This document shows, in pieces, positions 9,509 to 19,189 of a DNA stretch of 64,000 bases. The stretch spans positions 84,098 to 148,097 of the forward strand of contig DAONDY010000001.1 of assembly GCA_035402805.1 (NCBI GenBank), read 5' to 3'. Below the pieces are notes generated by a model. That model did no database searches. It saw only the letters and a list, made by a program, of their open reading frames with translations, and was not told where the DNA came from. Every line of letters starts with the position of its first letter. The stretch's first letter is position 1. A program made the position numbers and the translations under genes. Source of the stretch: Candidatus Woesebacteria bacterium (lineage in GTDB: Bacteria > Patescibacteriota > Microgenomatia > UBA12405).

Positions 9509-10681
9509 ATGGCAGATACTTATCAAAGAACCAAGCCACACGTCAACGTCGGTACCATCGGTCACGTCGATCATGGTAAAACCACTCTAACCGCCGCTAT
9601 TTCAAAAGTTCAAGGTAGTGCTAAATCTTACGCAGATATTGCTAAGGGAGGTACTGTTCGTGATGCTTCTAAAATTGTTACTATCGCTATCTCTCACATC
9701 GAATACGAATCCGATAAGAGACATTATGCTCACATCGATTGTCCAGGACACGCTGATTATGTTAAAAACATGATCACTGGTGCTGCTCAAATGGATGGCG
9801 CTATTCTCGTAGTTTCCGCACCAGATGGTCCAATGCCACAAACCAGAGAACACGTTTTGTTAGCTAATCAAGTTAATGTTCCAAAATTAGTCGTTTTCTT
9901 AAATAAATGTGATTTAGTTTCTGATCCTGAATTTTTAGATCTCGTTGAAATGGAAATTCGTGATTTATTAACTAAATATGGTTTCCCAGGTGATGAAACT
10001 CCTATTATTCGAGGATCTGCTCTTAAAGCTCTTAACGGTGATCCAGAAGGTATCGAATCTATTAAAAAATTAATGGAAGCTCTCGATACTTATATCGATG
10101 AACCTGTCCGTGAATTAGACAAACCTTTCTTAATGCCAGTTGAAGACGTTTTCTCAATCAAAGGTCGAGGAACCGTTGCTACCGGTAGAATTGAAAAAGG
10201 TGTTGTTAAAATCAATGACGAAGTTGAAATCGTTGGTTTAAAAGATACTCGAAAAGCTGTTGTTACTGGTGTGGAAATGTTCCACAAAATGCTCGATCAA
10301 GGTCAAGCAGGTGACAACGTCGGTTTATTGCTTCGAGGCGTTGAAAAAGATGATATTGAACGTGGACAAGTTTTAGCTAAACCAGGTTCAATTACTCCTC
10401 ACACTGAATTCAAAGCTGAAGTTCTTTTACTTAAAAAAGAAGAAGGTGGCCGTCACACTCCAATCTTTTCAGGTTATCGACCACAAGTTTTCATCAGAAC
10501 TACTGATGTAACTGGTGATTTAACTCTCTCAGAGGGTACTGAAATGGTTATGCCAGGTGATCACACTAACGTAGTTATTAAATTAATTAAACCTGTGGCT
10601 ATGCAGCCAGGTCAAAGATTTGCTATCCGTGAAGGTGGCTTAACTGTTGGCGCCGGTTCTATCACAGAAATTATTAAATAA
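9509..10681 (+). CDS. tuf: Elongation factor Tu
   Basis: [18 protein letters not shown] and NKCD motifs are present (390 aa). Confidence 0.97.
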   Translation: MADTYQRTKPHVNVGTIGHVDHGKTTLTAAISKVQGSAKSYADIAKGGTVRDASKIVTIAISHIEYESDKRHYAHIDCPGHADYVKNMITGAAQMDGAILVVSAPDGPMPQTREHVLLANQVNVPKLVVFLNKCDLVSDPEFLDLVEMEIRDLLTKYGFPGDETPIIRGSALKALNGDPEGIESIKKLMEALDTYIDEPVRELDKPFLMPVEDVFSIKGRGTVATGRIEKGVVKINDEVEIVGLKDTRKAVVTGVEMFHKMLDQGQAGDNVGLLLRGVEKDDIERGQVLAKPGSITPHTEFKAEVLLLKKEEGGRHTPIFSGYRPQVFIRTTDVTGDLTLSEGTEMVMPGDHTNVVIKLIKPVAMQPGQRFAIREGGLTVGAGSITEIIK

Positions 10682-10685
10682 ATTT

Positions 10686-10997
10686 ATGACCAAAGGTAAC
10701 CGCATTCGTATTCGATTAAAGTCTTTTGATCATCGTATTATCGATGAAGCAGCGATTAAAATCGTTGAGACTGTGGTTACCGCTGGTGCTCAGGTGGAAG
10801 GTCCAATACCTTTACCAACTGAGAAGAAAACTCTTGTCGTTTTGACCAGTCCTCATACCGATAAAAATGCCCGTGAGCATTTTCAAATCCTCACTCATAA
10901 GCGTTTAATCGATATTTCCAATACCAGTCTTCGAACTGTGGACAGTCTCCAGCATTTAGATCTACCATCTGGTGTAGAAATAGAAGTTAAAATGTAA
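10686..10997 (+). CDS. rpsJ: 30S ribosomal protein S10
   Basis: The sequence reads [17 protein letters not shown]...; the start is taken at the internal ATG after the tuf stop. Confidence 0.93.
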   Translation: MTKGNRIRIRLKSFDHRIIDEAAIKIVETVVTAGAQVEGPIPLPTEKKTLVVLTSPHTDKNAREHFQILTHKRLIDISNTSLRTVDSLQHLDLPSGVEIEVKM

Positions 10998-11001
10998 AAT
11001 T

Positions 11002-11565
11002 ATGATTTCAGGATTTCTTATTAAAAAAGGTCAAATGACCAGCATCTTTACCGGAGACGGTAAAAGAATTGCTGTTACTAAATGTATTGCTAAGCCTTTA
11101 GTTGTCACCCAAATTAAAAGTAAAGAAAAAGATGGTTATCAAGCGATTCAAGTTAAAACCACTTCTTCAAAATTAGGTAAATTAAAAGAATTTTCTCTTA
11201 CTTCCGATCAAATTCCAGAAATCGGTAGTCAAATTTCTATCGATTCTATTTTTACAGTTGGTGAAAAAATTGATGCTACTGGCATTTCCAAAGGTCGTGG
11301 ATTTGCTGGTGTTATCAAAAGACATGGTTTTAAAAAGCAGCCAATTTTAGGTTCTTCTGACCGTGTCCGTCATCCTGGTTCTATCGGCGCTCAAACTCCA
11401 TCAAAAGTTGTTCGTGGTAAAAGAATGCCTGGACATATGGGTAACATCAATAAAACTATCGAAAATCTTAAAATTGTCTCACTTAATCCTGAAACCAACG
11501 AAATATTAATTAATGGTTCTCTTCCTGGACATTTTAATTCCTGGATAACTATAACCAAAGCCTAA
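11002..11565 (+). CDS. rplC: 50S ribosomal protein L3
   Basis: The N-terminus reads KKGQMTSIFTGDG, and the gene sits at the expected position in S10-operon order. Confidence 0.9.
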   Translation: MISGFLIKKGQMTSIFTGDGKRIAVTKCIAKPLVVTQIKSKEKDGYQAIQVKTTSSKLGKLKEFSLTSDQIPEIGSQISIDSIFTVGEKIDATGISKGRGFAGVIKRHGFKKQPILGSSDRVRHPGSIGAQTPSKVVRGKRMPGHMGNINKTIENLKIVSLNPETNEILINGSLPGHFNSWITITKA

Positions 11566-11567
11566 TT

Positions 11568-12203
11568 ATGAAAGCTCAAATTTATAATATAAAATCAGAG
11601 AAAGTTGGAGAAGCTACCTTGCCAAAGGCTGTTTTTGAAGCTAAAGTTTCTGAAAAATTAATTTCTCAAGCTATTAGAATTTTTTTAGCTAACCAAAGAT
11701 CTTCCTATGCTAAGGCAAAAACTAGATCAGAAGTTGCCGGAACCCGACAAAAAGTTTGGGCTCAAAAAGGTACTGGTCGTGCCCGTCACGGTAATCGAAC
11801 TGCTCCTATTTTCAAAGGCGGTGGTGTTGCTCTTGGTCCAGATGGTCTCCAAAACTACAAACTTAATTTAAGCAAGAAAATGAAAACAGTTGCTCTAAAT
11901 TCTGTTTTAACCAAATTTGCCAAAGATAAAAGAGTCGCTATTATCGATTCTTTTAAAGATTTAACTCCTAAAACTAAAGAGGGAATTAAATTAGTTACTG
12001 GACTTAAAGCCTCAGATGAAGTATTATCAAAAAGTTCAAAAGTCGGCATAATTACCACTGAAACTTTGACCAATGTCAAACGAGCCTTCGGTAATCTTCC
12101 AAAAATAAATCTTTTGTCCCTTAAATCTTTAAATGTCTATGATCTTTCAAATCAAAATTTTTTGATTTTTAGTCAAGACGCACTAGACATTTTATCCAAA
12201 TAA
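11568..12203 (+). CDS. rplD: 50S ribosomal protein L4
   Basis: Operon position is correct and the RQKVWAQKGTGRARHG block is L4-like. Confidence 0.9.
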   Translation: MKAQIYNIKSEKVGEATLPKAVFEAKVSEKLISQAIRIFLANQRSSYAKAKTRSEVAGTRQKVWAQKGTGRARHGNRTAPIFKGGGVALGPDGLQNYKLNLSKKMKTVALNSVLTKFAKDKRVAIIDSFKDLTPKTKEGIKLVTGLKASDEVLSKSSKVGIITTETLTNVKRAFGNLPKINLLSLKSLNVYDLSNQNFLIFSQDALDILSK

Positions 12204-12205
12204 AT

Positions 12206-12502
12206 ATGCAATCAAATTTAATAATTTTAAAACCAGTTTTTACCGAAAAAACCTTGTCACAACAAGAGACTGGTAAATATACTTTTTGGGTTCCAAAAGA
12301 TGCCACTAAAGGCCAAATCGAAACTTCTTTTAACGCCGTTTTTGGTGTTAAACCCTTAAATATCAACACTGTTATTATTAAAGGTAAAATGAAAACCGAC
12401 CGCCAAAAAAGATTACCTATTAAAAAATCTGATCTTAAAAAAGCCGTCGTTACCGTTGAAAAAAATACTAAAATCGAATTATTAAAACTCAATCTTAAAT
12501 AA
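12206..12502 (+). CDS. rplW: 50S ribosomal protein L23
   Basis: Operon position and size fit L23, and it starts IILKPVFTEK. Confidence 0.88.
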   Translation: MQSNLIILKPVFTEKTLSQQETGKYTFWVPKDATKGQIETSFNAVFGVKPLNINTVIIKGKMKTDRQKRLPIKKSDLKKAVVTVEKNTKIELLKLNLK

Positions 12503-12505
12503 TCT

Positions 12506-13249
12506 ATGACCAGAATTAGATCTTTATTAACTATCAAGAAAAAAACCAGTGGCCGAGATGATCAAGGTCATGTTTCTATTCGACATCGAGGTGGCGAACA
12601 AAAAAGATTTTTAAGAGAAATTGACTGGAGAAGAGATAAACTCGATATTAAAGCCAAAGTTACCTCTATTGAATATGATCCAGGTCGAACTGCCGATATC
12701 GCTCTTTTAGTTTATGAAGATGGCACTAAATCATTTATTTTAGCCCCCACTGGCTTAAAAGTTGGTGATATTATTGTTTCTTCTGTTAATGCTCCGATTA
12801 AAGATGGTAATTCTCTACCTCTTAGAAATATTCCAGTTGGTATTCCTATTCATTGTTTGTCTTTTCAAAAAGGTAAAAATGCTCAATTAATTAAAAGTGC
12901 CGGTTCCGCTGCTTATATTCAAAGTATTGATGGGAACAAAGCTATTGTTAAACTTCCCTCTGGTGAAATCAGAATTTTTAATGCTGATTCTTTTGCCACT
13001 GTTGGTCAAGTTGGTAATTCCGATCATTCAAACCAAAAACTAACCAAAGCTGGTCAATCACGACTTCGTGGTATTCGTCCAACCGTTAGAGGTGTGGCTC
13101 AGAATCCTCACTCTCATCCACACGGTGGTGGTGAAGGCCGAAGCTCTATCGGTATGCATCCAAAGACACCATGGGGTAAATCTGCCTTTAGAAAAACCAG
13201 AAAACTTAAAAATGCTTCTAATCGATTAATCATTAAGCACAGAAAGTAA
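12506..13249 (+). CDS. rplB: 50S ribosomal protein L2 (N-terminally short)
   Basis: [10 protein letters not shown] and GRNAGxx-like blocks are present, together with the conserved C-terminal HPHGGGEGR. Confidence 0.93.
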   Translation: MTRIRSLLTIKKKTSGRDDQGHVSIRHRGGEQKRFLREIDWRRDKLDIKAKVTSIEYDPGRTADIALLVYEDGTKSFILAPTGLKVGDIIVSSVNAPIKDGNSLPLRNIPVGIPIHCLSFQKGKNAQLIKSAGSAAYIQSIDGNKAIVKLPSGEIRIFNADSFATVGQVGNSDHSNQKLTKAGQSRLRGIRPTVRGVAQNPHSHPHGGGEGRSSIGMHPKTPWGKSAFRKTRKLKNASNRLIIKHRK

Positions 13250-13250
13250 T

Positions 13251-13523
13251 ATGTCTAGAAGTTCTAAAAAAGGTCCTTACATCGACAAAAACTTACTTAA
13301 AAAAATAGCTAAGGGTGGTAATGAAGCCATCAAAACTTGGGCTAGAAAAAGCCAAATTTCTCCTGAATTCGTCGGGAAAAATTTTGAAGTTCATAACGGT
13401 AAAAAATTTATTAATGTCTTTGTCACTGAAGATATGGTTGGCCATCGTTTAGGCGAATTTTCTGCTACCAGAACCTTCAAGGGTCACGGACGTGTCGTTA
13501 AACGTGTTATAGAAAAGACGTAA
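13251..13523 (+). CDS. rpsS: 30S ribosomal protein S19
   Basis: It starts [11 protein letters not shown] and contains HNGKKFI. Confidence 0.93.
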   Translation: MSRSSKKGPYIDKNLLKKIAKGGNEAIKTWARKSQISPEFVGKNFEVHNGKKFINVFVTEDMVGHRLGEFSATRTFKGHGRVVKRVIEKT

Positions 13524-13528
13524 AACAT

Positions 13529-14014
13529 ATGGCAAAAGAAATTAAAAAAACTACTAAAATCAAAACTCCAGCCATTAAAAAATCTGTTGTTAAAAAAGAT
13601 ATTAAAAAAGCTGAAATCAAGGCAGTTTCAAAGGTTGTTGAAACTCCAAAAGTTGAAGTGTCTACTACTAAAATCGTCAAGTATTTCAATAAAGATCTTA
13701 TGATCTCTCCTCGAAAATTAAGACTTTTAGCTAACGATATCAAAAAATTATCTCCAACTGATGCTTTAAATAGACTCAAATTTACTAATACTAAGTCCGC
13801 TCGTATCATGATTAAAGCTCTTCAGAATGTCATTGCTGATGCTAAAAATAATTTCAGTTTAGATACTAACACTTTAAAATTCGATTTAATTAAAGTTGAC
13901 GAAGGCTTAAAAATGAAACGTATGGATAAAGCCCATGGTTCCAGATTTGCTCGAGGTCTCATTCAAAAAAGACACAGTCGACTTATTATTCATGTTAAAG
14001 GTAATCAAAAGTAA
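13529..14014 (+). CDS. rplV: 50S ribosomal protein L22 with Lys-rich N-terminal extension
   Basis: The L22 core (ISPRKLRLLANDIK...) is preceded by a ~50-aa K/V/T-rich tail. Confidence 0.88.
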   Translation: MAKEIKKTTKIKTPAIKKSVVKKDIKKAEIKAVSKVVETPKVEVSTTKIVKYFNKDLMISPRKLRLLANDIKKLSPTDALNRLKFTNTKSARIMIKALQNVIADAKNNFSLDTNTLKFDLIKVDEGLKMKRMDKAHGSRFARGLIQKRHSRLIIHVKGNQK

Positions 14015-14016
14015 TT

Positions 14017-14658
14017 ATGGGTCAAAAAATTAATCCAATTGGTTTTAGATTAGAGACTGTAAAAAACAGTCCTCAATGGCAATCTTCCTGGTACGCTGGG
14101 ACTAAAAAATATGCCACTTATCTTCTTGAAGATAAAAAAATCAGAGATTTTCTTCAATCAAAATTTAATTCAGCTGGAATTGTTTCTATCAGGATTGAAC
14201 GCTCCGTTAAAAAAATGAAATTAGTTCTTGTCGTTTCTCGACCAGGTTTAGTTATCGGTCGTGGCGGTAAAGAACTCGAAACGATCAAAAAAGAAGTTCA
14301 AAGATTACTTTTTAAAGCCAGTGGTAAACAAGCTGTTGAAATTCAAGTAGAAGAATTTAAACATGCCGATCTTTCGGCAAAATTGATTGCTGAAAAAATT
14401 GCCTTTCAATTAACCAAAAGAATGCCTTATCGTCGAGTTGTTTTATCTTCCATGGAAAAATCAATTGCAGCCGGAGCTAAAGGTATTAAAGTCATTCTTT
14501 CTGGGCGTATTAATGGTGCTGAAATTGGTCGTCGAGAAAAATTTTCTCAAGGTACTGTACCACTAAGCACTATCCGTTCGATGATTGATTATCACGAATG
14601 TCCATCTTTAACTAGATCTGGATATATCGGAGTTAAAGTTTATTTATGTTTAGGCTAA
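14017..14658 (+). CDS. rpsC: 30S ribosomal protein S3
   Basis: A KH-like N-terminus (GQKINPIGFRL) and GRINGAEI are present. Confidence 0.93.
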   Translation: MGQKINPIGFRLETVKNSPQWQSSWYAGTKKYATYLLEDKKIRDFLQSKFNSAGIVSIRIERSVKKMKLVLVVSRPGLVIGRGGKELETIKKEVQRLLFKASGKQAVEIQVEEFKHADLSAKLIAEKIAFQLTKRMPYRRVVLSSMEKSIAAGAKGIKVILSGRINGAEIGRREKFSQGTVPLSTIRSMIDYHECPSLTRSGYIGVKVYLCLG

Positions 14659-14664
14659 ATAATT

Positions 14665-15066
14665 ATGTTACAACCAAGTAGAACTAAATATAGAAAAGCC
14701 TTCCGAGGCAAAATGAGAGGAAACTCTAAGGGCAACTTAGTTGCTTTTGGTGAATATGGTCTTAAATCTCTCGAATGTAGCTGGATTACTTCTAATCAAT
14801 TAGAATCAGCTCGACGTGCTATCGCTCACGCTACCAAAAGAAATGGTCGTATGTGGTGCCGTATTTTCCCAGACAAACCATTCACTGAAAAAGGAACTGG
14901 TACTATGGGTGCTGGAAAAGGTGATGTTAAAGGATATGTCGCTGTTGTTAAGCCAGGTCGTATTATCTTCGAAGTTTCCGGTGTCACTGAGGCCGAAGCT
15001 CATGAAGGTTTAAAATTAGCTGCTGCTAAGTTACCAGTTGTATGCAAAATAGTTAATCGAAAATAG
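14665..15066 (+). CDS. rplP: 50S ribosomal protein L16
   Basis: It starts [11 protein letters not shown]; it ends with a TAG stop. Confidence 0.93.
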   Translation: MLQPSRTKYRKAFRGKMRGNSKGNLVAFGEYGLKSLECSWITSNQLESARRAIAHATKRNGRMWCRIFPDKPFTEKGTGTMGAGKGDVKGYVAVVKPGRIIFEVSGVTEAEAHEGLKLAAAKLPVVCKIVNRK

Positions 15067-15077
15067 GGGTAGATTTT

Positions 15078-15287
15078 ATGAAAAAAACTGATAAAATTTC
15101 CTACAGACAAAAAAGTGTTGAGGAGCTCTCAAAAAATCTTTTAGATCTTCGCAAAAAATTTATTGAAGCCAAGGCTAAATCAGCTACTGGTAATCAAAAG
15201 GACACTTCAGTCTTTGCCAAAATTAAATATGAGATTGCTTTAGTCTCAACTCTAATTCAAGAAAAGAAAAATGATAAACAAAATTAA
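15078..15287 (+). CDS. rpmC: 50S ribosomal protein L29
   Basis: It is a 69-aa helical protein at the correct operon position. Confidence 0.8.
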   Translation: MKKTDKISYRQKSVEELSKNLLDLRKKFIEAKAKSATGNQKDTSVFAKIKYEIALVSTLIQEKKNDKQN

Positions 15288-15531
15288 TAATACTGGTAAA
15301 ACGTTCGAAGGTAGCGTCATTTCAGATAAAATGACCAACACTATCGTCGTTTCTCTTGAATACACTAAAAGTCATCCTCTTTATAAAAAGATTTTTAGAA
15401 AGCATAAAAATATTTATGCCGAAAACAATCTTTCTGCCAAAGTCGGTGATATAGTTAAAGTTCGAGAAACTCGACCTTTAAGCAAACTTAAAAGATTTAC
15501 TACTTTAGCCATTATCAAAAAGTCTAAATAA
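15271..15531 (+). CDS. rpsQ: 30S ribosomal protein S17
   Basis: The GSVISDKMTNTIVV block is present. Confidence 0.88.
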   Translation: MINKINNTGKTFEGSVISDKMTNTIVVSLEYTKSHPLYKKIFRKHKNIYAENNLSAKVGDIVKVRETRPLSKLKRFTTLAIIKKSK

Positions 15532-15533
15532 TT

Positions 15534-15905
15534 ATGTCTGTCCAATTAAGAAGTATCATTAAACCAGCTGATAATTGTGGAGCTAAAAGAGTTCAGGTTA
15601 TTCATGTCTACAAAGGTTCTTTTCACAAAAAAGGTACTATTGGAGATACTGTTATGGCTGTTGTTATGGACTCTATTCCAAATGGCTTAGTTAAGAAAAA
15701 GGAAAAAGTTAAAATGGTTATAGTTCGTACTAAAAAAGAATTTGGTCGACCTGATGGTTCTTATATTCGTTTTAGCGACAACGCTGGTGTTATTATAGAT
15801 TCTCAAAATAATCCACGAGGCACCAGAATTTTTGGACCAATTGCTCGTGAAATTAAAGATTTAGGATTCAATAAAATTGCTTCCATGGCCCAGGAGGTTT
15901 ATTAA
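15534..15905 (+). CDS. rplN: 50S ribosomal protein L14
   Basis: The conserved core is present (starts MSVQLRSIIK; ADNCGAK). Confidence 0.93.
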   Translation: MSVQLRSIIKPADNCGAKRVQVIHVYKGSFHKKGTIGDTVMAVVMDSIPNGLVKKKEKVKMVIVRTKKEFGRPDGSYIRFSDNAGVIIDSQNNPRGTRIFGPIAREIKDLGFNKIASMAQEVY

Positions 15906-15906
15906 T

Positions 15907-16233
15907 ATGAAAATTTTAAAAGGTGATAAAGTTAAGGTTTTAATTGGTAAAGATAAAGGTCGTGAAAGCGAAGTCATTAAAGCCATTCCTAAAAAAGATA
16001 AAGTTATTGTTAAAGGTTTAAATTTGTACAAAAAACACATTAAACCAAGTCAGGGGAAACCAGGCTCTATTATCGAAAAAGAAAGAAGCCTGGCCGTTTC
16101 TAAATTAGCTGTAATTTGTCCTAATTGTAAAAAAGCTATCAGGGTTGCTTATTTAATCGATAAATCAGGTGAAAAAACAAGAATTTGCCGCAAGTGTAAA
16201 TCTGCTTTAAACACTCCTGTTATTAAAAAATAA
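15907..16233 (+). CDS. rplX: 50S ribosomal protein L24 with C-terminal Cys4 cluster
   Basis: A KOW motif (KGDKVKVLIGKDKGRE) is followed by CPNCKK...CRKCK. Confidence 0.88.
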   Translation: MKILKGDKVKVLIGKDKGRESEVIKAIPKKDKVIVKGLNLYKKHIKPSQGKPGSIIEKERSLAVSKLAVICPNCKKAIRVAYLIDKSGEKTRICRKCKSALNTPVIKK

Positions 16234-16235
16234 CT

Positions 16236-16775
16236 ATGTTAAAAACAATTATTGAAACCACTATTAAAGAAAATTTGATCAAAGCTACTTCAAAAGATCG
16301 AAATGTCTTTTCTTTACCTAGATTAAAAAAAGTAGTTATTAATTATCGTGTCAACGAAGCTCGTGAGAGTCAAGAAGCTCTTACTGCCGCCACTGAAGAA
16401 TTAGTCGCTATCGTTGGTCAAAAACCAAAGCTCTGTAAAGCCAAAAAAGCTGTTTCTGCTTTTAAACTTCGCCAAAACGATCCATTAGCCCTCAAAGTTA
16501 CTCTTCGTGGAGCTAGAATGTATGATTTCGTCGAAAAATTATTTAATTTAGTTTTACCCCGACTTCGTGATTTTAAAGGTTTACCAGACACTGCTTTTGA
16601 CTCTGAAGGTAATTATAATTTAACTATCAAAGATCAGACTCTCTTTCCAGAAATTGATTTAGATAAAGTCAAACAAATTCGCTCAGTTCAGATTACTCTA
16701 AATATTAATGCCTCTTCAAAAGACGAAGCAAAAATGTTATTATCAGCCCTAGGTTTTCCTTTTGAAAAAAAATAA
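16236..16775 (+). CDS. rplE: 50S ribosomal protein L5
   Basis: Operon position and length (179 aa) fit L5. Confidence 0.9.
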   Translation: MLKTIIETTIKENLIKATSKDRNVFSLPRLKKVVINYRVNEARESQEALTAATEELVAIVGQKPKLCKAKKAVSAFKLRQNDPLALKVTLRGARMYDFVEKLFNLVLPRLRDFKGLPDTAFDSEGNYNLTIKDQTLFPEIDLDKVKQIRSVQITLNINASSKDEAKMLLSALGFPFEKK

Positions 16776-16783
16776 AATAAATT

Positions 16784-16969
16784 ATGGCTACTACAGCAAA
16801 AATAGTCCGAGAAGACAAAAAATTAAAATATAGCGTTCGACATCACAATCGATGTCACATTTGTGGTCGACCTCATGGTTTTATTCGTTTATTTGGCATT
16901 TGCCGACTTTGTTTTCGCAAATTAGCCAATCAAGGAATGCTTCCTGGTGTTCGAAAAGCCAGTTGGTAA
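16784..16969 (+). CDS. rpsN: 30S ribosomal protein S14 type Z (zinc-binding)
   Basis: It is 61 aa with [10 protein letters not shown]...CRLCFR. Confidence 0.9.
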   Translation: MATTAKIVREDKKLKYSVRHHNRCHICGRPHGFIRLFGICRLCFRKLANQGMLPGVRKASW

Positions 16970-16977
16970 ATAAAAAT

Positions 16978-17367
16978 ATGCATCAATCAACTTCTATCGA
17001 TTTTATAATTAGAATAAAGAATGGCTACAAAGCTGGCAGAAAGACTATTTCTGCTCCAGTTTCTAATTTCACTACTGCCATGGCTTCTCTTTTAAAAAGA
17101 ACTGGCTATATTGCTGATTTTTCTATCACTGGTGATATCAAAAAAGATATGACCATTACTTTAGCTTATGATAATAATGAACCTCGCGTTAACGATGTTT
17201 GTTTATTTTCTAAACCTGGTCGTCGTATTTACGAAAAAAAATCATCCCTTCCTTGGGGAAAAAGCCCTTCATCTTTAATCATTGTCTCCACTTCTTCAGG
17301 TGTTATGTCTCAAAAAGAAGCTAAAACCAAAGGTCTTGGTGGAGAAATTATTGCCGAAATTTGGTAA
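16978..17367 (+). CDS. rpsH: 30S ribosomal protein S8
   Basis: It starts MHQSTSIDFIIRIKNGY (the ORF-track N-terminal extension overlapping S14 is rejected). Confidence 0.9.
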   Translation: MHQSTSIDFIIRIKNGYKAGRKTISAPVSNFTTAMASLLKRTGYIADFSITGDIKKDMTITLAYDNNEPRVNDVCLFSKPGRRIYEKKSSLPWGKSPSSLIIVSTSSGVMSQKEAKTKGLGGEIIAEIW

Positions 17368-17373
17368 ACAATT

Positions 17374-17913
17374 ATGTCAAGAATAGGAAAACAATTAATC
17401 AATATCCCAGCCGGAGTTAATGTTGTCATTAATGCTGGTGAAATAACTGTCACCGGTCCAAAAGGCGAGTTAAAACTAGTTTTACCTTCAAAAATTAACG
17501 TCGAAATTAAAGACAATCAAATCATTTGTACTCGTGTTTCTGAGGATAAAAAAACCAAAGCTAATCATGGCACCACCAGAGCTCATCTCAATAATATGAT
17601 CAAAGGTGTTGTTGAGCCTTGGAAAAAAGAAATAGAAATCAAAGGTACTGGTTATAAAGCCTCTCTTTCTGGTAACAAATTGCATCTTTTAGTTGGTTTT
17701 ATCCACCCAGTCGATGTTGTTGCTCCAGCCGGTGTTTTCTTTGAAGTTCCAGAAGAAACTAAAATTATTATTACTGGTGCCGACAAAACCAAAGTTGGTC
17801 AAACCGCCAGCAATATTCGAAAAGTCCGCCCACCTGAACCTTATAAAGGCAAAGGTATTAGATATGCTGATGAATTTATTAAACTTAAAGCTGGTAAAAA
17901 AGCTAAAGCCTAA
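17374..17913 (+). CDS. rplF: 50S ribosomal protein L6
   Basis: It starts MSRIGKQLINIPAGV. Confidence 0.92.
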   Translation: MSRIGKQLINIPAGVNVVINAGEITVTGPKGELKLVLPSKINVEIKDNQIICTRVSEDKKTKANHGTTRAHLNNMIKGVVEPWKKEIEIKGTGYKASLSGNKLHLLVGFIHPVDVVAPAGVFFEVPEETKIIITGADKTKVGQTASNIRKVRPPEPYKGKGIRYADEFIKLKAGKKAKA

Positions 17914-17921
17914 AAAATAAT

Positions 17922-18266
17922 ATGATTACACATAATTCAAAACAACGACGTCAAAACAGAGTTAGATCCAAATTAGCCCTAAATTTAGGCGTTCCTAGAT
18001 TAACTGTCTTTAGAAGCAATAAGCATCTTTGGGCTCAAATTGTCGATGATAAACATGGAAAAACTATTGTCGCTGCTTCCACTAAAGGTTTAAAATTAGA
18101 CAAAGGTACTAAAACCGAAAGAGCTTTCACAGTTGGTACCCAAATTGCCACTCTCGCTTTAGAAAAAAAGATTATTAAAGTTAGATTCGATCGGGGTCTT
18201 TATCGTTATCACGGTCGAGTTAAAGCTCTTGCCGATGGCGCTCGTTCCAAAGGTTTAGTTTTTTAA
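17922..18266 (+). CDS. rplR: 50S ribosomal protein L18
   Basis: The RLTVFRSNKHLWAQI block is present. Confidence 0.9.
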   Translation: MITHNSKQRRQNRVRSKLALNLGVPRLTVFRSNKHLWAQIVDDKHGKTIVAASTKGLKLDKGTKTERAFTVGTQIATLALEKKIIKVRFDRGLYRYHGRVKALADGARSKGLVF

Positions 18267-18270
18267 AAAT

Positions 18271-18738
18271 ATGAATCCAAATCAACAATATCCAAAAATT
18301 GAAAAAACAGTCAGTGAATTTACTGATAAAGTTGTGGAAATCAAAAGAGTTTCCAAAAAAACTAAAGGGGGAAATCAAATTCATTTTACTGCTTTAGTTG
18401 TTTCTGGTGACAAAAAAAATCGAGTCGGTGTGGGTCTAGGTAAAGCCAAAAGTGTCGCTGATGCTATTCAAAAAGGTATTAAAAAAGCTCAAAAAAGTCT
18501 AATCACTATTCCAATCGTTGATGGTACTATTTCTGGTGCTGTAACTCTAAAATTCAAAGGTGCTATTGTTATGATTCGACCTGGTAAAAAAGGAAGTGGT
18601 CTTATCGCCGGTGGTCCAGTCCGAGCCGTTGTTGAATTAGCCGGAATTCAAGATATCGTTAGTAAAATCATTGGTTCAAAAACCAAATCAATTAATGTTT
18701 GGGCTGCTTTAAAGGCTCTTTCTATTCTTAAAAAATAA
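18271..18738 (+). CDS. rpsE: 30S ribosomal protein S5
   Basis: dsRBD and S5 C-terminal blocks are present. The next gene is rplO directly, with no L30. Confidence 0.92.
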   Translation: MNPNQQYPKIEKTVSEFTDKVVEIKRVSKKTKGGNQIHFTALVVSGDKKNRVGVGLGKAKSVADAIQKGIKKAQKSLITIPIVDGTISGAVTLKFKGAIVMIRPGKKGSGLIAGGPVRAVVELAGIQDIVSKIIGSKTKSINVWAALKALSILKK

Positions 18739-18739
18739 T

Positions 18740-19189
18740 ATGGAAATATTAACTAAATTATCAAAAACAACTACTAAAAAAGCCCGACGCTGTGGTCGTG
18801 GAATTGGTTCTGGCCTTGGTGGTCACACTTCTGGTCGTGGTGCCAAAGGTGACAAAGTTAGAGGTTCTACTGATCTTGCTTTTGCTGGTACTAAAAACAA
18901 AAAATCTTGGATTAAGCGACTTCCATTTATGAGAGGTAAACATCGTCTACAAAACCAAAAAGACATTGTCAATGTCAGTTTAAGTCAAATTGAAAAATGG
19001 TTTAAGGCCAATGAAGTAGTTGATGCCAGTTCTCTTGCTAAAAATTCTAAAATTTCTCTAAAAAACTTTCGTTCCAGCTTTAAAATTCTTGCTACTGGTA
19101 ATCTTACTAAAGCTTTAAAATTTAAAGGTCTTTCTCTTTCAAAAGCTGCCCAAAACAAAATCGTTGCTGCGGGTGGTAATATAGAGTAA
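18740..19189 (+). CDS. rplO: 50S ribosomal protein L15
   Basis: The GRGIGSGLGGHTSGRG block is present. Confidence 0.92.
   Translation: MEILTKLSKTTTKKARRCGRGIGSGLGGHTSGRGAKGDKVRGSTDLAFAGTKNKKSWIKRLPFMRGKHRLQNQKDIVNVSLSQIEKWFKANEVVDASSLAKNSKISLKNFRSSFKILATGNLTKALKFKGLSLSKAAQNKIVAAGGNIE

Noticed and set aside
12169-13809. Minus-strand ORFs 12169..12537 and 13507..13809, and other small antisense ORFs inside the r-protein cluster
   Set aside because: They are antisense to conserved ribosomal protein genes and have low-complexity hydrophobic translations. They are spurious.
10647-17367. ORF-track N-terminal extensions for rpsJ (10647), rplX (15877), rpsH (16852), rpsI (24710) and ychF (32125)
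   Set aside because: The extensions overlap the preceding conserved genes. Internal ATG codons give proteins that begin at the conserved N-termini ([44 protein letters not shown]).
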